A DNA stretch of 64,000 nucleotides. Source: Bugula neritina (lineage: Eukaryota > Animalia > Bryozoa). The position numbers and the translations under genes are program-made. The stretch spans positions 31,557,504 to 31,621,503 of the forward strand of contig OZ037765.1 in the NCBI GenBank assembly GCA_964035545.1, read 5' to 3'. A model generated the notes under the pieces. The model searched no databases. It was not told where the DNA came from and worked only from the letters and a program-made list of their open reading frames with translations. The stretch's first letter is position 1, and each line of letters starts with the position of its first letter. This document shows, one piece after another, positions 34,144 to 47,268 of this stretch.

Positions 34144-34220
34144 CACTATAGCTACGAATCTGTTAAAAGTCATGATTATCATTACGATACTTGCGAATAC
34201 GCACAAAAGCGCAATTAGTA

Positions 34221-37200
34221 ATGGCGAGTGGCAGAGCTTCATTTGTCGGCGATGGCAGACGTGGTATGAAATACTCAAACTCATGCTGTAAAGAATCAGA
34301 ATGTCAAGTCTTCTTTTCATTTTTTGAATACTAAATGATGCTTTTAGTACCAGTTTGTTTTGTTCTAAAACTACAGTACGAGTATGACTATGAGTATGAG
34401 TATTATTTAATATCATATTCATATTGTCATTGATAATCATATGCATATTCATATTGATATTGAATATGACTCATTCATATTGTTATTTATACTCGGTTAT
34501 TTTCACGTCAATTATTATTGTTTACAGCTATAATATAAATTTCAGTTATACTAATATCAATACAACTTATGCAGTTAATATTATGCATACTGTAGTAATT
34601 TGTGCAAATACTGTGCGTGAGTTTTCTACTTGCGTATTTAGTTGGCTATTCTACTAGCAATTACTAGGGTAGCTGTCGAGTAATTATGTTTATTATCCAC
34701 AATAAACATACAAAACAAACATTACATCAAATTATCCTATACATCAATCAATTACTAACACGTTACTACTACGAGTCCTAGCTCACAACAACACATGGTT
34801 TCTGCTGGCTAACCCGCGAACAGTCACTTGACCGGAACCTTGCCTTCCGGTCCCTCTGATTGGATAGTAGAACATAGTTATAAGTATTCCCATACAAGAG
34901 GGGACGACCCCATTATTATACTACGTAATCCCATTACACTGCCCCCACCAGCAGAAAGCCCCACTTTCTGATAAAACAAAATAGTATAATAATGCAAAAA
35001 TGACATAAGTAAGGAAAATCCACAAAGAAAAAGAAGAGAAATATCAAACGTACGACATATATATAAGTAAGATAAACAGACGGCCAACACACAGCTGGCC
35101 AGCTACAGAGAGAGAGATCTGGATCGTCACACAGATATTAGCAGATCAAGCATTTACACGATCACAATGTAGTACCCCGAGGACATGTGGGGTGGAATTG
35201 TCAACTTCCAGCTCCTAGTTTTGCAGGGACTGGATCCGGTGTCGTGCCTGCCGTGCACGTAGTCTACGCTTAAGGCGTCCCACTGAGCCCTTCAGTTCAC
35301 TAAGGCCCATTGTAGTGCTGAGTAAGTCGGGGGCCAATTGGGTGAATTCATCCTGCAGTCGTAGGAGTCTTTCCTCGACGGTCGCTAGTCGGTTAGGCCT
35401 GGTTGGAGCTGGCGTCGCTTCTTCTGGGGAATCTGATGCTTCCATGGGGGTGCTGTCTGGCCGGGGTATGATTGCAGCGACAGTCTTTACCATGGGGGAC
35501 TTCTGGGGGGCGGCTGTTAGCAGTGTATAAAACCCGGAGGATAATGCGGCCCAGGTCAAAGCCTTCTTAACTACTGGTCTAATGGCTTCCAGGTACTGGT
35601 CGTAATTGTCCACGTCCACTACATAGCCTTCGCCTGTGAAACAGTCCATCATATGCGCCAAGACGGGGTATGGATAGACGTCGTGAAATCTACACGGACA
35701 GAAGCGTAAGAGGAAGTGTGCATTCACGTGCAGCTGTAGTCCTTGGTGTGAAGGGAGCTCCTCATAACACACGTGGCAGGTTCGTTGTGACCTACTTGGT
35801 CCCCAGGCTTCTTCAATTTGTCGCTCCGTCTGTCGTGACACCCATCTGTGTCTTCGACGCAGCACCACGGGCAGTCCGTTGTCCATTTCTGGTCCGTTAT
35901 CCAAGGAGGAGAGGGGGGGTGGAAGGTGTGTCGTCGTTCCAAGCTAACTCCAACGGTGGCATGTCTCCGTAGTTGGGAGAGCGAGTGGCGTCTAAAAGAG
36001 CAGAATTATTGTTAGATCGAAGTTGATCTTTACAGCATAATTCTGATGACAATCGACTGTTACTAGTCTGAGAGTCATGCATCTTTTTATACGGCACTCG
36101 AAAGACTGTGTCAGAACGTGTAAACTGACTGAGCGACATAGTGTCAAGCTCCAGATCTAGTAGATCGTCAGCCATTACTATGTCCTCGTCGTCCTTCACG
36201 TGTGACTCTGTCTCCAGTAACTGTGATTCAATCAGATCGATTAAACCAGAGTTGACTGAGGTGAGATCTATTTCCATTAGTGGAGGTGTTAGATCTAGGC
36301 AAGCTCACCTTGGAACCCGGTATTTGAAATCATACTCGACGTTCAAGCTTGGATGTGGGTGGATTTAAAACACGTCTACCCTTGACTGCGTCAGCGTAGG
36401 AAAAGGCTGGACAGCGTGTTTGTTGTGCGAGACCGGAACTGTGTGCCCGGGGAGTAGTAGTTCCACCCACTACTCCGTTTTCGCAAAACTTGGTTTTTCC
36501 GTGGTGTTCATAACTCCCACGCTTTGCTGCCAGTCTTTCCGTACGGCGCCCAACTAGACCTTCGTACCTGCCGCTTGTAACGCGGTCGCATATGAAGTCT
36601 TGGAGATAGGCTGGGGGTCGCCTAGTACGTTGTCCCCTTTCAAGAGGAGGGGATGTACTAGCGGTAGACGCCGGGGACGGTGGAAGGTTTGTTGTAGGAT
36701 ATGGGGTTGTGGCTGGGAAGATGGGGCAGCTGGTGAGGGGGGCGGTGTACTCACTGGTGGGTTGTTACACTCTACCGGTGGTATTTCCTGCCTCCCGTCA
36801 GCTGTCATCCCTTCTTCCTTTCTGTTCTCTCCGGACGGAGCCCCTCCCGTGGGGGGGTTTTGCACTTCCGGAAGTATATTTAGTTCTGGAAGTGGTGGTG
36901 GTAGCCTTGGAGTCGGACAGCTTGGCGCTGGGGGCAGTGGGCGCATCCCTGTTTGTAAGGGTGGCCTCTCTTGCCTCGCCAAGTCTTCTGTCCGCGGCAT
37001 GACCCATTCATCCCTGGGCTTATGCCGCCGCCGCCCGCGCATTGTTGTTTGCCTCCTGGGCTCTAACAATGGGGGGGCTCCTCCCGTCGCACCTGGGCTA
37101 GCCCAATAGGGTTTCAAGCGGGCTTCATTCTGGACAGAGATCTGTCCAGACCGCTCCAGCTTGTAAGTATGATTGGGCATTGCCTCAACTACTACGTAGG

Positions 37201-40200
37201 GTCCCACGAACTTAGGCTGTAGTTTAGCCGCCTGTCCCCGGTGCCTACGGTAGTTGACCATCCACACCCAGTCTCCAGTCTGGTAAAGGGGTGGCTCGTC
37301 AGCGTCTTCCTGTCGCACCTGCCACTGCTTATCCCGCAGTATTTCGTGTGCTACTCTCAGACGCTCTATCAATTCCCCAGCATACTCGTGGACGGAGTAG
37401 TCTGGTTCCGGAATATGATAGGTGAGGTGGTCGGGCACTCGTGTCTCACGACCGAGTGTCAAGAGGTTGGGGGTCTCGCCAGTGCTAGTGTGTGGCGTGC
37501 TGCGGTAGGCCCGCATGACCTGTGGTAGTACAAGATCCCATTCCTCCTGACCTCGGCCGAGTAGGAGACTGCGGAGTGCATCGCCCAGCATCTGGTTATT
37601 GCGTTCGACCACTCCGTTGCCCTGAGGATGGTACGGAGTGGTCCTACTTTGGTTTACTCCCCAGAGGCGGCAGAGGTCGCTCATCAGTTGAGACTGGAAT
37701 TGCGACCCCTGATCCGAGTGCAGTTGCTCGGGCAGCCCAAAGTAGCAGAACACACGTTGGTCTAGTACGCCGGCCACTGTCGGGGCAGACGCATCTGGGA
37801 TGGCCAGAGCGTCGGCCCACCTAGTGAAGTGGTCGGTCAGCACTAGGATCCAACTGTTCCCTCTGGGGGTAATGGGCATGGGTCCGACCAAGTCAACAGC
37901 TACCACCTGCCATGGCCTACCAGCATATAGCCTGCTCCGTCCCGCTTCGCCAGGGAGACGGCCATGCTTGCTGGCCTGGCAGATTTCGCACTGTTTGATT
38001 CTCAGTCGGACGTCCCGCTCCATGTTGGGCCAATACCACCGGAGCCTTAGCTTGGTAAGCACTCTCTGGACTCCGGCGTGAGCCTGCTTGTGAGTGTCCC
38101 ATACTAGCTCCCGGCGTATGGCGGCAGGGCAGATCACCCTTTCTCGCCCAGGGTGTCCCCTGTCGGCGGCCAAGGTGATGGTCAGGAGGCCATCTGGCCC
38201 GATCCGCAGAGAGTCCCAGCGTTGGCAGTATAGCCGTAGTTCGGCGCACCCTTGCCGCAGCTGTTCCTCGCTGGGTCGTTGCCCCCCCGTTTAGCCCGAT
38301 ATATGTCGGCTACCACCCCAGGGAGGTCCTCCTGGAGTTTCTGTAGCTCCCTGACGTTGCGAGCTAAGACAGGGTTAGCCCGGAGGTTGTTGACAGCCTC
38401 CGGTGGGTTGTGAACCCTTGGTTTGAGTTGACCTTGGTCCCAGTCATAGCTTACTGCAGGGTGGTCCAGTGTCTCTAACTCGGATCTTGGAGGACCCCCA
38501 TCCCTTCTCTCGATGTTGCGACACTGTTTACACCCCTCGTCCGGCCGCCGACTCAGTCCGTCTGCATTGCCATGTTTCCTACCGGGTCGATGTTCGATCC
38601 GATAGGAAAACTCGGCCAGGACTTTGAGCCATCGGGCAACCTGGCTGGACGGCTCAGCTCTCTTACACAGCCAAATCAAGGAGGCGTGGTCTGTTCGCAA
38701 GCGAAACGGCCTACCGTAAAGATAAGGCCGGAAGTGTTTCACTGACTTGATTACTGCTAATAACTCCTTGCGGGTAGTGCAGTAATTTCGCTCAGGGGGT
38801 GAGAGCGATTTACTATAGTAAGCTACGACTACTTCACGGCCCTCTTGCACTTGTGACAGCAAAGCGCCAACGTTCTGGTCACTGGCGTCCGTGTCAAGGA
38901 CGTACTCCAGAGCGGAGTCTGGGTAGGCCAGAATCGGAGCCTCTAGTAAGCGGCTTTGAGGCTGTCGAACGCCCTTTGTTCGACGGATGTCCACTGCCAG
39001 GTCACCCCCTTTGCGGTGAGCCGATTTAATGGCTGTGCGACCCAAGTCTGGTATGTATTGTCGATAATACCCCACCAGCCCCAGGAAGGCCCGGAGTCTG
39101 GTCAAATCCTGGGGGGTGACCCAGTCGGCCACTGCCCGCACCTTGTCGGGGTCCGTTGCCACGCCATTACGGCTGACTACGTGCCCCAGGTACTTCACCT
39201 CCGGCTGCAAGAGAGCGCATTTGGAGGGTTTGAGCTTGAGGCCGGCACCTCGGAGTCGCTCGAAGACCTCCCGCAGACGACTGATATGGGTCGTAAAGTC
39301 TGGGGAGATCACGATGACGTCATCGAGGTAGACTAGCAGTGTCTTCCAGTGGAGCCCGCTGAGGACTTGTTCCATGAGCCGCTGGAAGGTGGCAGGAGCG
39401 GAAGTTAACCCGAAGGGCAGTACCTTCCACTTCCACAGCCCATCCCTGGTGATGAACGCCGCTTTCTCCTGGGCGTCGGGGCTGAGGGGGACTTGCCAGT
39501 AGTCGCTCAGCAAGTCTAATGTACTGAAGTACTTGCTGCCGGCTAAGGCGTCCAGGGATTCGTCAATCCGAGGTAGAGGGTAGGCGTCCTGTATGGTTAC
39601 GCTATTAAACTTGCGGTAATCTACACAGAACCGCCAACTGCCGTCTTTCTTCCGGACCAGAACGACCGGCGAGCTCCACGCACTATGTGCGGGCTCTATG
39701 AGGCCGCGGTCTAGAAGATCCCGGACTTGTCAGCTGACCTCCTTTTCTTTCTCCGGTTCCAGCCTCCTAGTGGGTTGGCGGATAGGGAGAGTCCCGGCAG
39801 CTAGCGGTATCTCATGACGGACGGCTCTAGTTAGGCCCACGTTCTGGTCTCCGCTGCTGAACACGTCCCCGTACTGGCGTAGCAACTGGGCCATAACTTG
39901 GCGCTCCTTGTTGCCCGCGCAGCCTTCGCAGGCCGACTGGTATAGTTCTTGGACGTGTTGTGGGACGGTCCCCCGCCGTACAGACGGGCGCTCTCGGGGA
40001 CCCTCCGTCGCCTCGCCCAGCGACGGCCCTACATCTCCTTCTTGGACCGTATGGAAACGGCCCAGTGTGGATCCGGACGGTAGTGTTACCGACTCTGAAA
40101 AGGGGTTGACACACTGCACCAAGATCTCTCCTCGGTCAGTCAGCCGGTTTAAGCTACTGGCGAGTTGGATTCTCTTGTGCGTTCCTTCAACGACTCCTAT

Positions 40201-43200
40201 TCCAGAGAGTTGGCGATCATTCACTCTGCAGTGAATGGTCGCCCGGGAACGGGCTGGTACCGTACAGTTACGTACCACCTGCACGCCTCCGACCAAGGGA
40301 TGGCCGAACTTATCGACACAGGAAAGCTCCCGGCCGGCCATTAGTATGGCGGACTTATGGAAGTCCATGTGGCATTGGTGTCGTTTTAGGAACGGCGTCC
40401 CCAGGATGGCATCCTCTTCCAGCTGGCTGAGGATAAAGGTTTCCTGGATGGCCTGGCCGCGTCCGCGACCAGGCAACTCTACAACACCGTAGAAGGGGAT
40501 ACGCGACCCGTCTGCAAGGGTGCCAGGTTCCCCGGTGTAGGGAGCTAATTCCTTCCTCACCTTGGGAGGGAGGGCATCGAAGACTCGTCTGCTGAGGAGA
40601 TTCGTGTTGCAACCGGAGTCTAACAAGAACGTGACAGCCTTGCCGGCTACCTTCCCGGGTAGGAAGTAGCTCTCTACGTGTGGTTGCAACCTCACTTCCC
40701 CAGCATGCGCAGTCTCGGCCAAACAGCGTGGCGCCCGTTTGGTGACCTGCTTGTGCCGCCTCTTTGGCGGAGGGGTGTTTAGTTCCCCTCCGATGTCCCG
40801 AGGGACCTCGCCGGCCAGCTCCGTCTCCGGTAGCTGGCTGAAGCGGTTGGTGATGGGTAGTATGAACGGTTCCCGTCGCCCATTAGGGCGGCTGGTCCGT
40901 CGTGGTATCTGCCACTCACGGGGTGTGTCCTGTGGTTGTTCTTTTCTCGGCCCGCGAGACTTCCTTCTTGATTGGGGGTCTCTCGAGCGGGGAGGTTCTG
41001 GCTTGCTGCCTTTTTCACATCGGGTAGCCCTCTTTGAGGTCTCTCCCTTGGGTCCTCGGTTGGGGGGCTCGGCGTCGGTGAGGGTCTTTGCCATTTGTTT
41101 CAATTTGATGCTCAGCCGACCCATCTTATCCCCGAGTGACTGGATGTCCTCCGCGGTGACTCGCGTGCCTTCCGTTTCCTCCGTATACAGCCGCTCGGCC
41201 CGGAGGTAGTCTTCCCCGACTTGCAAGGCACTTTCTAGGGTGGTCACTCCCTTTGCCTGTAGTTGATGGTAGAGGCCCACATCTTTTAGGGACTGCATAA
41301 AGTCAATGAGAGTAAAGTTCCGTCGGTGTGTTTCTGGCAGGTCGCTTTACGCGCTCTGTGCCAGTCTCTTCACTAGGGCAACGTGGTCGCGGAGTGGTGT
41401 GTCTTCCACCTGGCGTAGCACTTGTAGACGGGCCCTGGCTTCCAGGGCGGAGGTGCCAAAACGGCTCCGTAGTGCAGTGAATATCTCCGCCACGCTCCGT
41501 CTTTGCCTGAACGGTCTAGCTCGCCCCGTCAATACCTCATGAGTTTGACGAGGGCTACTCGCGGCGGACACTGAGCGACATCTACTACTCCATGGAATTC
41601 CTCGATGAATTGCTCTACATCTTCTACACCCGTGAAGGTGGGAGCGGTCAGTCTATCTCTATACACCTCTTCCATATGCAAGAAACTGGCTGGCTTACCT
41701 CCTGGGTGTCTGATTGTATGTTCTGTCATGTTCCCCGTCTTTTCATTGTCTCAGCTAGAATAATCCCACCGCTGCCACCACTGTAGTAATTTGTGCAAAT
41801 ACTGTGCGTGAGTTTTCTACTTGCGTATTTAGTTGGCTATTCTACTAGCAATTACTAGGGTAGCTGTCGAGTAATTATGTTTATTATCCACAATAAACAT
41901 ACAAAGCAAACATTACATCAAATTATCCTATACATCAATCAATTACTAACACATGTTACTACTACGAGTCCTAGCTCACAACAACACATGGTTTCTGCTG
42001 GCTAACCCGCGAACAGTCACTTGACCGGAACCTTGCCTTCCGGTCCCTCTGATTGGATAGTAGAACATAGTTATAAGTATTCCCATACAAGAGGGGACGA
42101 CCCTATTATTATACTACGTAATCCCATTACAATACTCATACTAGCCAAAGAAAAATATATTGAAAGTTGCCTAATGACAATTTCATTCTAGTAAAGGTAA
42201 TTGGGTAATCTTCACCATTTCATTTAAATTACAACTTGTGACTCCTAATGATTATAATGACTGTAATAATAATGATAATATTTTGTACTTCTAAAGGGTA
42301 ATGGATTAGATTTATCAGTAAATATAGTATTGTTTTCAGGGTCAGATGAGCCCCCTTCATATGAAGATCTATTTGGCCCAGCAAAAGCCTCTTCTGATAA
42401 AAATGTGCGTGCTACTCCTTTCCTGCCTCCACTTAAAGAAATTAATTTAGCCCAAGAAGACTTGAATGATGAAGCCGCAGGTATTTTTTGCTTTTATGTG
42501 ACACTCTTTAATGGTGAATAACTTTAGTGAAGAGATCAATTTCTTCAACAACTTTTATTGAAAGTAGTAATTTAGAGATCAGCAATATTTTGTGTAGGAC
42601 CCCATTGTGATAATCCTCCGCAGCTTGACTCTCGACCTCTACCTGCAAATCTTGAAGCCCTGTTTCAGTATATTAGAAGTTACAAGCCAGAGTCAATTAA
42701 GTTGAAGCAAAAACTGAAACTCTTCTTTCTTGACTATATTCCTGCCGTAACGGCTCCTGATTTAATGATAAAAGTCAGTCGACCAGATGGTAGACCAGAA
42801 CAACTTGGCTTCCGCGTCTTAGATGAACCGGGCTCACAATCTTTTGATCTGGAAAACATGAAAATTGATGATGAGAATGGTAAAAAAAATAAAGGTAAGT
42901 TATATAATAATGAGTACAAGTTTTCAGTTTCAGTCAATCATTTTTCAATTTCCAATATTTTTAACCACAAGATTTTTTTTTGTATTAAAACAGTTGAACC
43001 TATTCCACGCTCACTGGGTGTTATTCTTATTTATTGCGTATTGCAGATGGAGGTGGTGGTGACATGCCTAAACCAACACATGCTTTTTCTGGAGGTAGAG
43101 GTGCACATCAGCTTGACGACGACGATGACGACGGAGAAGATTCAGAAGAATCTGAAGATGACAATGAGAATGGTGAACAGATTGAAGGTACTTTATGTAA

Positions 43201-43631
43201 TCATTCATGAACGCACAATTTTAGTTTCTTTAATAAATATGCTTGTTTTGAATTGGTAACCATGTCAATGCAAAAGGTTTTTTTTAATGTCCAAAAGTTA
43301 TAATTTAAAGATGAATGGCTATTTGATTAGTAATCTTGCAACGCCAACTTTTACAGGAGCCTATGATTCATCTGAGTACGAACATCTTTCTGTGCAACCA
43401 GATGTTAAAGACCTCTTTCAATACATCACAAGATATACACCACAGTCTATAGAGTTGGACCACAAGATGAAGCCATCTATCCCTGACTACATACCGGCTG
43501 TAGGAGACATTGATGCCTTTATTAAAGTCAATCGACCAGATGGTAAACCGGAACAACTTGGCTTATATGTCTTAGATGAACCGTGTGCAAAGCAGTCTGA
43601 CCCTACAGTATTAAACTGGATGTTTTCATAA
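34221..43631 (+). CDS. IFT46-derived paralogue (predicted 298 aa; exons 34221-34263, 42340-42480, 42598-42894, 43047-43187, 43357-43631); element 2 lies in intron 1
   Basis: All introns GT-AG and phase 1; total 897 nt open; two copies of the LFQYI..Y.P.SI.L...DYIPAV...IKV.RPDG.PEQLG..VLDEP module; lacks the IFT46 C-terminal region; exon 1 assignment tentative. Confidence 0.6.
34591..34938 (-). repeat. 3' LTR of element 2 (348 bp)
   Basis: Direct repeat of 41782-42131; TG...CA; PPT GGTGGGGGCAG adjacent. Confidence 0.97.
35215..36277 (-). pseudogene. Element 2 ORF3 (C2H2 finger CHVC-x12-H-x3-H, C-x-C-x12-H-x3-C finger, coiled coil), split by a frameshift near the G-run at about 35913-35919
   Basis: ORFs 35897-36277 and 35215-35904 align to the two halves of 683-1627. 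Confidence 0.8.
35992..36308 (-). other. Predicted spliceosomal intron (317 nt), equivalent to 1348-1658
   Basis: Donor AAG|GTGAGC at 36309/36308; branch CTAAC, pyrimidine tract and TAG| at 35992; phase 1, in frame with ORF3 Asp96. Confidence 0.7.
36330..41729 (-). pseudogene. Element 2 gag-pol with several disablements
   Basis: Frameshift about 41540; TAA at 41347; TGA at 39730; compensating frameshifts about 39040-38955; frameshifts about 38285 and 36700; gag C-terminus reads into protease in one frame (39730-41298). Confidence 0.9.
41763..41780 (-). promoter_or_regulatory. tRNA-Leu primer-binding site of element 2
   Basis: Identical 18-mer to 7101-7118. Confidence 0.9.
41782..42131 (-). 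repeat. 5' LTR of element 2 (350 bp)
   Basis: Direct repeat of 34591-34938. Confidence 0.97.
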
Positions 43632-45178
43632 AATGTAAAGATGTAAATCTGCTTCTTTGTTAGTCTCTGGTTTTTAATTTTAGTAATAATTATGATAAAT
43701 TTATAATTTGATATCTATCTAATTTTTTGCATTCGAAGGTTATATTATATGCCCAGTTTGCAAACTATTTTGACGCTACAATTTTTCAAAGGAAATAGAC
43801 CAGTCATATGTAATATATACAGTCCGCATGCAAAGTCTGTGTTAGCACTTAGAAGTAGGTTTTTAAATAAATATTTTTATATTATATTGTACTATAATGA
43901 AATGGAAGTGTGAAAAGTTTCTTTGATAATATTAAACATTGTCAGTGCATATTAACCTGTTTCATATGGTGCAGTAGACATGGTTAAATTTTACTTGATG
44001 ATCTATAGTAATTCCTAGTTACTATTAAATTTTAACATGACTATATTTTATATTGTTAATACATTTGTATACTGTTATATTGAAAATATACATATTTACT
44101 TTTGTTTTATTCAATTCATGTAGCTGTTGCATTATTTATTTTACACACAACTTACTCAGATATAAGTTTTGGTATTACTTCAATATCTCCATTGTTTTCC
44201 ATAACTGTGATCCATTTAGTATTTTGCATTTATGAAAAAAGTCAAATGTAAATTAAAGACAGTTTAAAATTGATATGATTACCTTTAGACTATCAATTTG
44301 AAAAGTTAAGTTGCTCTATCACTGTTGCTCATGCAAAGACACTTTCGATTCACAGAAGCTGCAGAGATAGACTCTGTGTGCCATAGACAAACTTAATTTG
44401 TGAGTGCTTCCATTGCTTGTTATTCCAATTCCCAGGCTTCAACGTCAACCTATATCTGTAAATGATTTTGCAATCTTGAAATTCTACGGATGTGCTTATG
44501 GAATTATTGAAAAAAGCATTCGACATTGAAGTTACTTTTACTTAGACAGCACAGGTTATTAGAGTTGTGTGTCACGCACAAGTTGAGGAATTGAAAGCTA
44601 AATTTAAAGTGGCTTCTAAAATGTCACCAACACTTACAAAATAAAGCATTATAGAATGACATGCACAAGAAAATGTTTAATTTCTCTATCAAATGTATAT
44701 ACTATGCTATATTTCTTATAGATAATGTTGTGTTTTATGTTCTCCAGAAATAATAACCCTCAATAAATATATTATTATACAAATTTGTTTTGTATTTTGA
44801 AATTAAAAGGAAGAACCGTTGAAAACTACTAAAGATCTTTAAGTTTGCGCGCCGTTTCAGCGTTGTCATAGTGAGAGCTTTAATGGTCACGTGGCTGATC
44901 ACATGTAGATAAATATGAACACCTAAAACGGATGGACTAAAGAAAGCAAATTTAATTTATCATATAGAGGCAGAGTTTATTTTGATATTTACAAAAAAAT
45001 AAAAAGATGACGACATAATAATGCTTTTATTATAAAAGCACTTATGGTTTATATCAAATAGAATATTAATATTTTTTAATAACGATTCGAATACGAGAGA
45101 ACGCCATTTTTAGCGAGCCCAGTAGTTACCGCTTGTCAATATTTGCATTCCTTGGCAATTCAATCACAAAGATGATCG

Positions 45179-47050
45179 ATGGCTGATTCAGAGAGTGACC
45201 AAGGAGCAGAAATCCATCAGAACCAACCTTTTGACGAATCTCTCGAAGTGCCAGATTCGGAAGAAGTTGCAAGTGTCTATACTCCTAGTCCTAGAGTACC
45301 TGCACCTGGTCAAAGAGGAAGAAGTAGAGGAGATACACCACCAGATTCAAGAATGTCTAACAACTATGAAGATGATATAATGACATCCACTGGAGCGCCC
45401 GGTGTCGATGGTATGAAATTTTAGTAGCTGTAATTCTTTACCCATAATATTGTCTAATGTTTTTATGACCTGTTTGCTATAAATAATTGTAAATAAAATG
45501 TTGAAAACTGTCGGCCAAACAAATGATTATGATCTGCAGTTGAAGTCGATTCAGTAAGCGCCGATGAAGTTGAATAACGAGTTATGAGCTTTTAATTTAT
45601 TATTATGTTTTGTTAATTATCAGTCTATGTTTGTTAGCTATTTGTTTTTAGTACATTCTTTTTTGTAAAATGGAACAAAAAGAAAACTTTTAAAAAGTAA
45701 ACTACCGCTCAACTTTAGTTTTAATTAATATAGGTTATCTTGTAAATTTTAATTCGATTGAATTATTTAAATATTTAAAGGATTTTTTCATTGCCATTGT
45801 AAAATTTTCATTTCCGTTAGACTTAACATTTATAACTTGTAAGGAAACTAGCGTTTAAGCTATGGAAAGTGAACTCTTGGTTATCAACTATAAAGATTGG
45901 ACCTTGTAACAAAGCATTCATCATTATATAATTATATATCAGTTTATCTTAACCTATGTTTATGTCTAATGAATGTTACTCTCATTTATTGCAGATGGAG
46001 GTGGTGGTGACATGCCTAAGCCAACGCATGCTCCTTCTGGAGGTGCAGGTGCACACTCTGCGCATCAGTTTGATGAAGACGATGATGACGACGACGATGA
46101 GGACGGAGAAGATTCAGAAGAATCTGAAGATGACGATGAGAATGGTGAACAGATTGAAGGTACTTTATGCAATAATTCATGAACGCACAATTTTAGTTTC
46201 TTTAATAAACATGCTTGTTTTGAATTGGTAACCATGTCAATGCAAAAGGTTTTTTTTAATGTCCAAAAGTTATAATTTAAAGATTAATGGCTATTTGATT
46301 AGTAATCTTGCAATGTCTACTTTTACAGGAGCCTATGATCCATCTGAATACGAACATCTTTCTGTGCAACCAGATGTTAAAGCCCTCTTTCAATACATCA
46401 CAAGATATACACCACAGTCTATAGAGTTGGACCACAAGATGAAGCCATTCATCCCTGACTACATACCGGCTGTAGGAGACATTGATGCCTTTATTAAAGT
46501 CAATCGACCAGATGGTAAACCGGAACAACTTGGCTTATATGTCTTAGATGAACCGTGTGCAAAGCAGTCTGACCCTACAGTATTAGACTTGCAGCTGCGG
46601 GCCATATCAAAGCGAACAAGCCACAAAGCTATTGTTGTCAGAAGTCTGGAAAATGCGGAGAAAAATCCTAAAGCGGTTGATAATTGGATCACCAACATAA
46701 GCGAGCTCCATCGCTCTAAGCCACCACCAACAGTTCATTACCAGAAGAATATGCCAGATATCGATACGCTGATGCAGGAATGGCCGCCATCATTTGAGGA
46801 GCTCCTGAAGGAAGTCGGCTTGCCATCTGCTGAACTGGATTGTGATTTGTCACAATATGTTGATATAATCTGTGCACTGCTTGACATTCCAGTTCACAAA
46901 AATCGTGTGCAGTCACTGCATGTTCTCTTTACTTTGTTTTCGGAGTTTAAAAATTCCCAGCATTTCAGATCACTGGCTGATGATAATCAACTGGATAATC
47001 GTCTGAAGGAAGATGATGGAGCTGGTGGAAGTGATGCTCTTGTGCTGTAA
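45179..47050 (+). CDS. IFT46: Intraflagellar transport protein 46 (exons 45179-45410, 45995-46159, 46329-47050; 372 aa)
   Basis: NQPFDE N-terminus, acidic stretch, GAYDP.EYEHL.V, LFQYI.RYTPQ, KPFIPDYIPAVGDIDAFIKV, LDEP..KQSDPTVLDLQLR, MPDIDTLMQEWP, SLHVLFTLFSEFKNSQHF. Confidence 0.96.
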
Positions 47051-47268
47051 TTGTCTCCTCTTCACCCTGTCATTGTGTTTAAGATAGTTTGTCTAAATAA
47101 TGTTAATTTCAAATATTACAAGATTATATTTTAACAAAGTCATATATTTATTATAACAGATTTCAATAAATCTATGAATTTTATTCTGACACTAAATAAT
47201 ATATACAAAGTCCCATACAAAAATAACACATAATATAATCCACTAAAATTTCAGTTGAGTTAATCTAT

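Larger units (their letters stand above)
34591..42131 (-). mobile_element. Full-length but decayed Ty3/Gypsy LTR retrotransposon (element 2), related to element 1
   Basis: LTRs 34591-34938 and 41782-42131 (2 substitutions and one 2-bp indel seen); TSD ATAC at 34587-34590 and 42132-42135; PBS-Leu 41763-41780; pol motifs. Confidence 0.98.

Noticed and set aside
34591-42131. Defective element mobilised in trans (young LTRs but many disablements)
   Set aside because: LTR differences (3 events in 350 bp) scaled to about 6.8 kb of internal sequence could account for the lesions after insertion; not decidable from one copy
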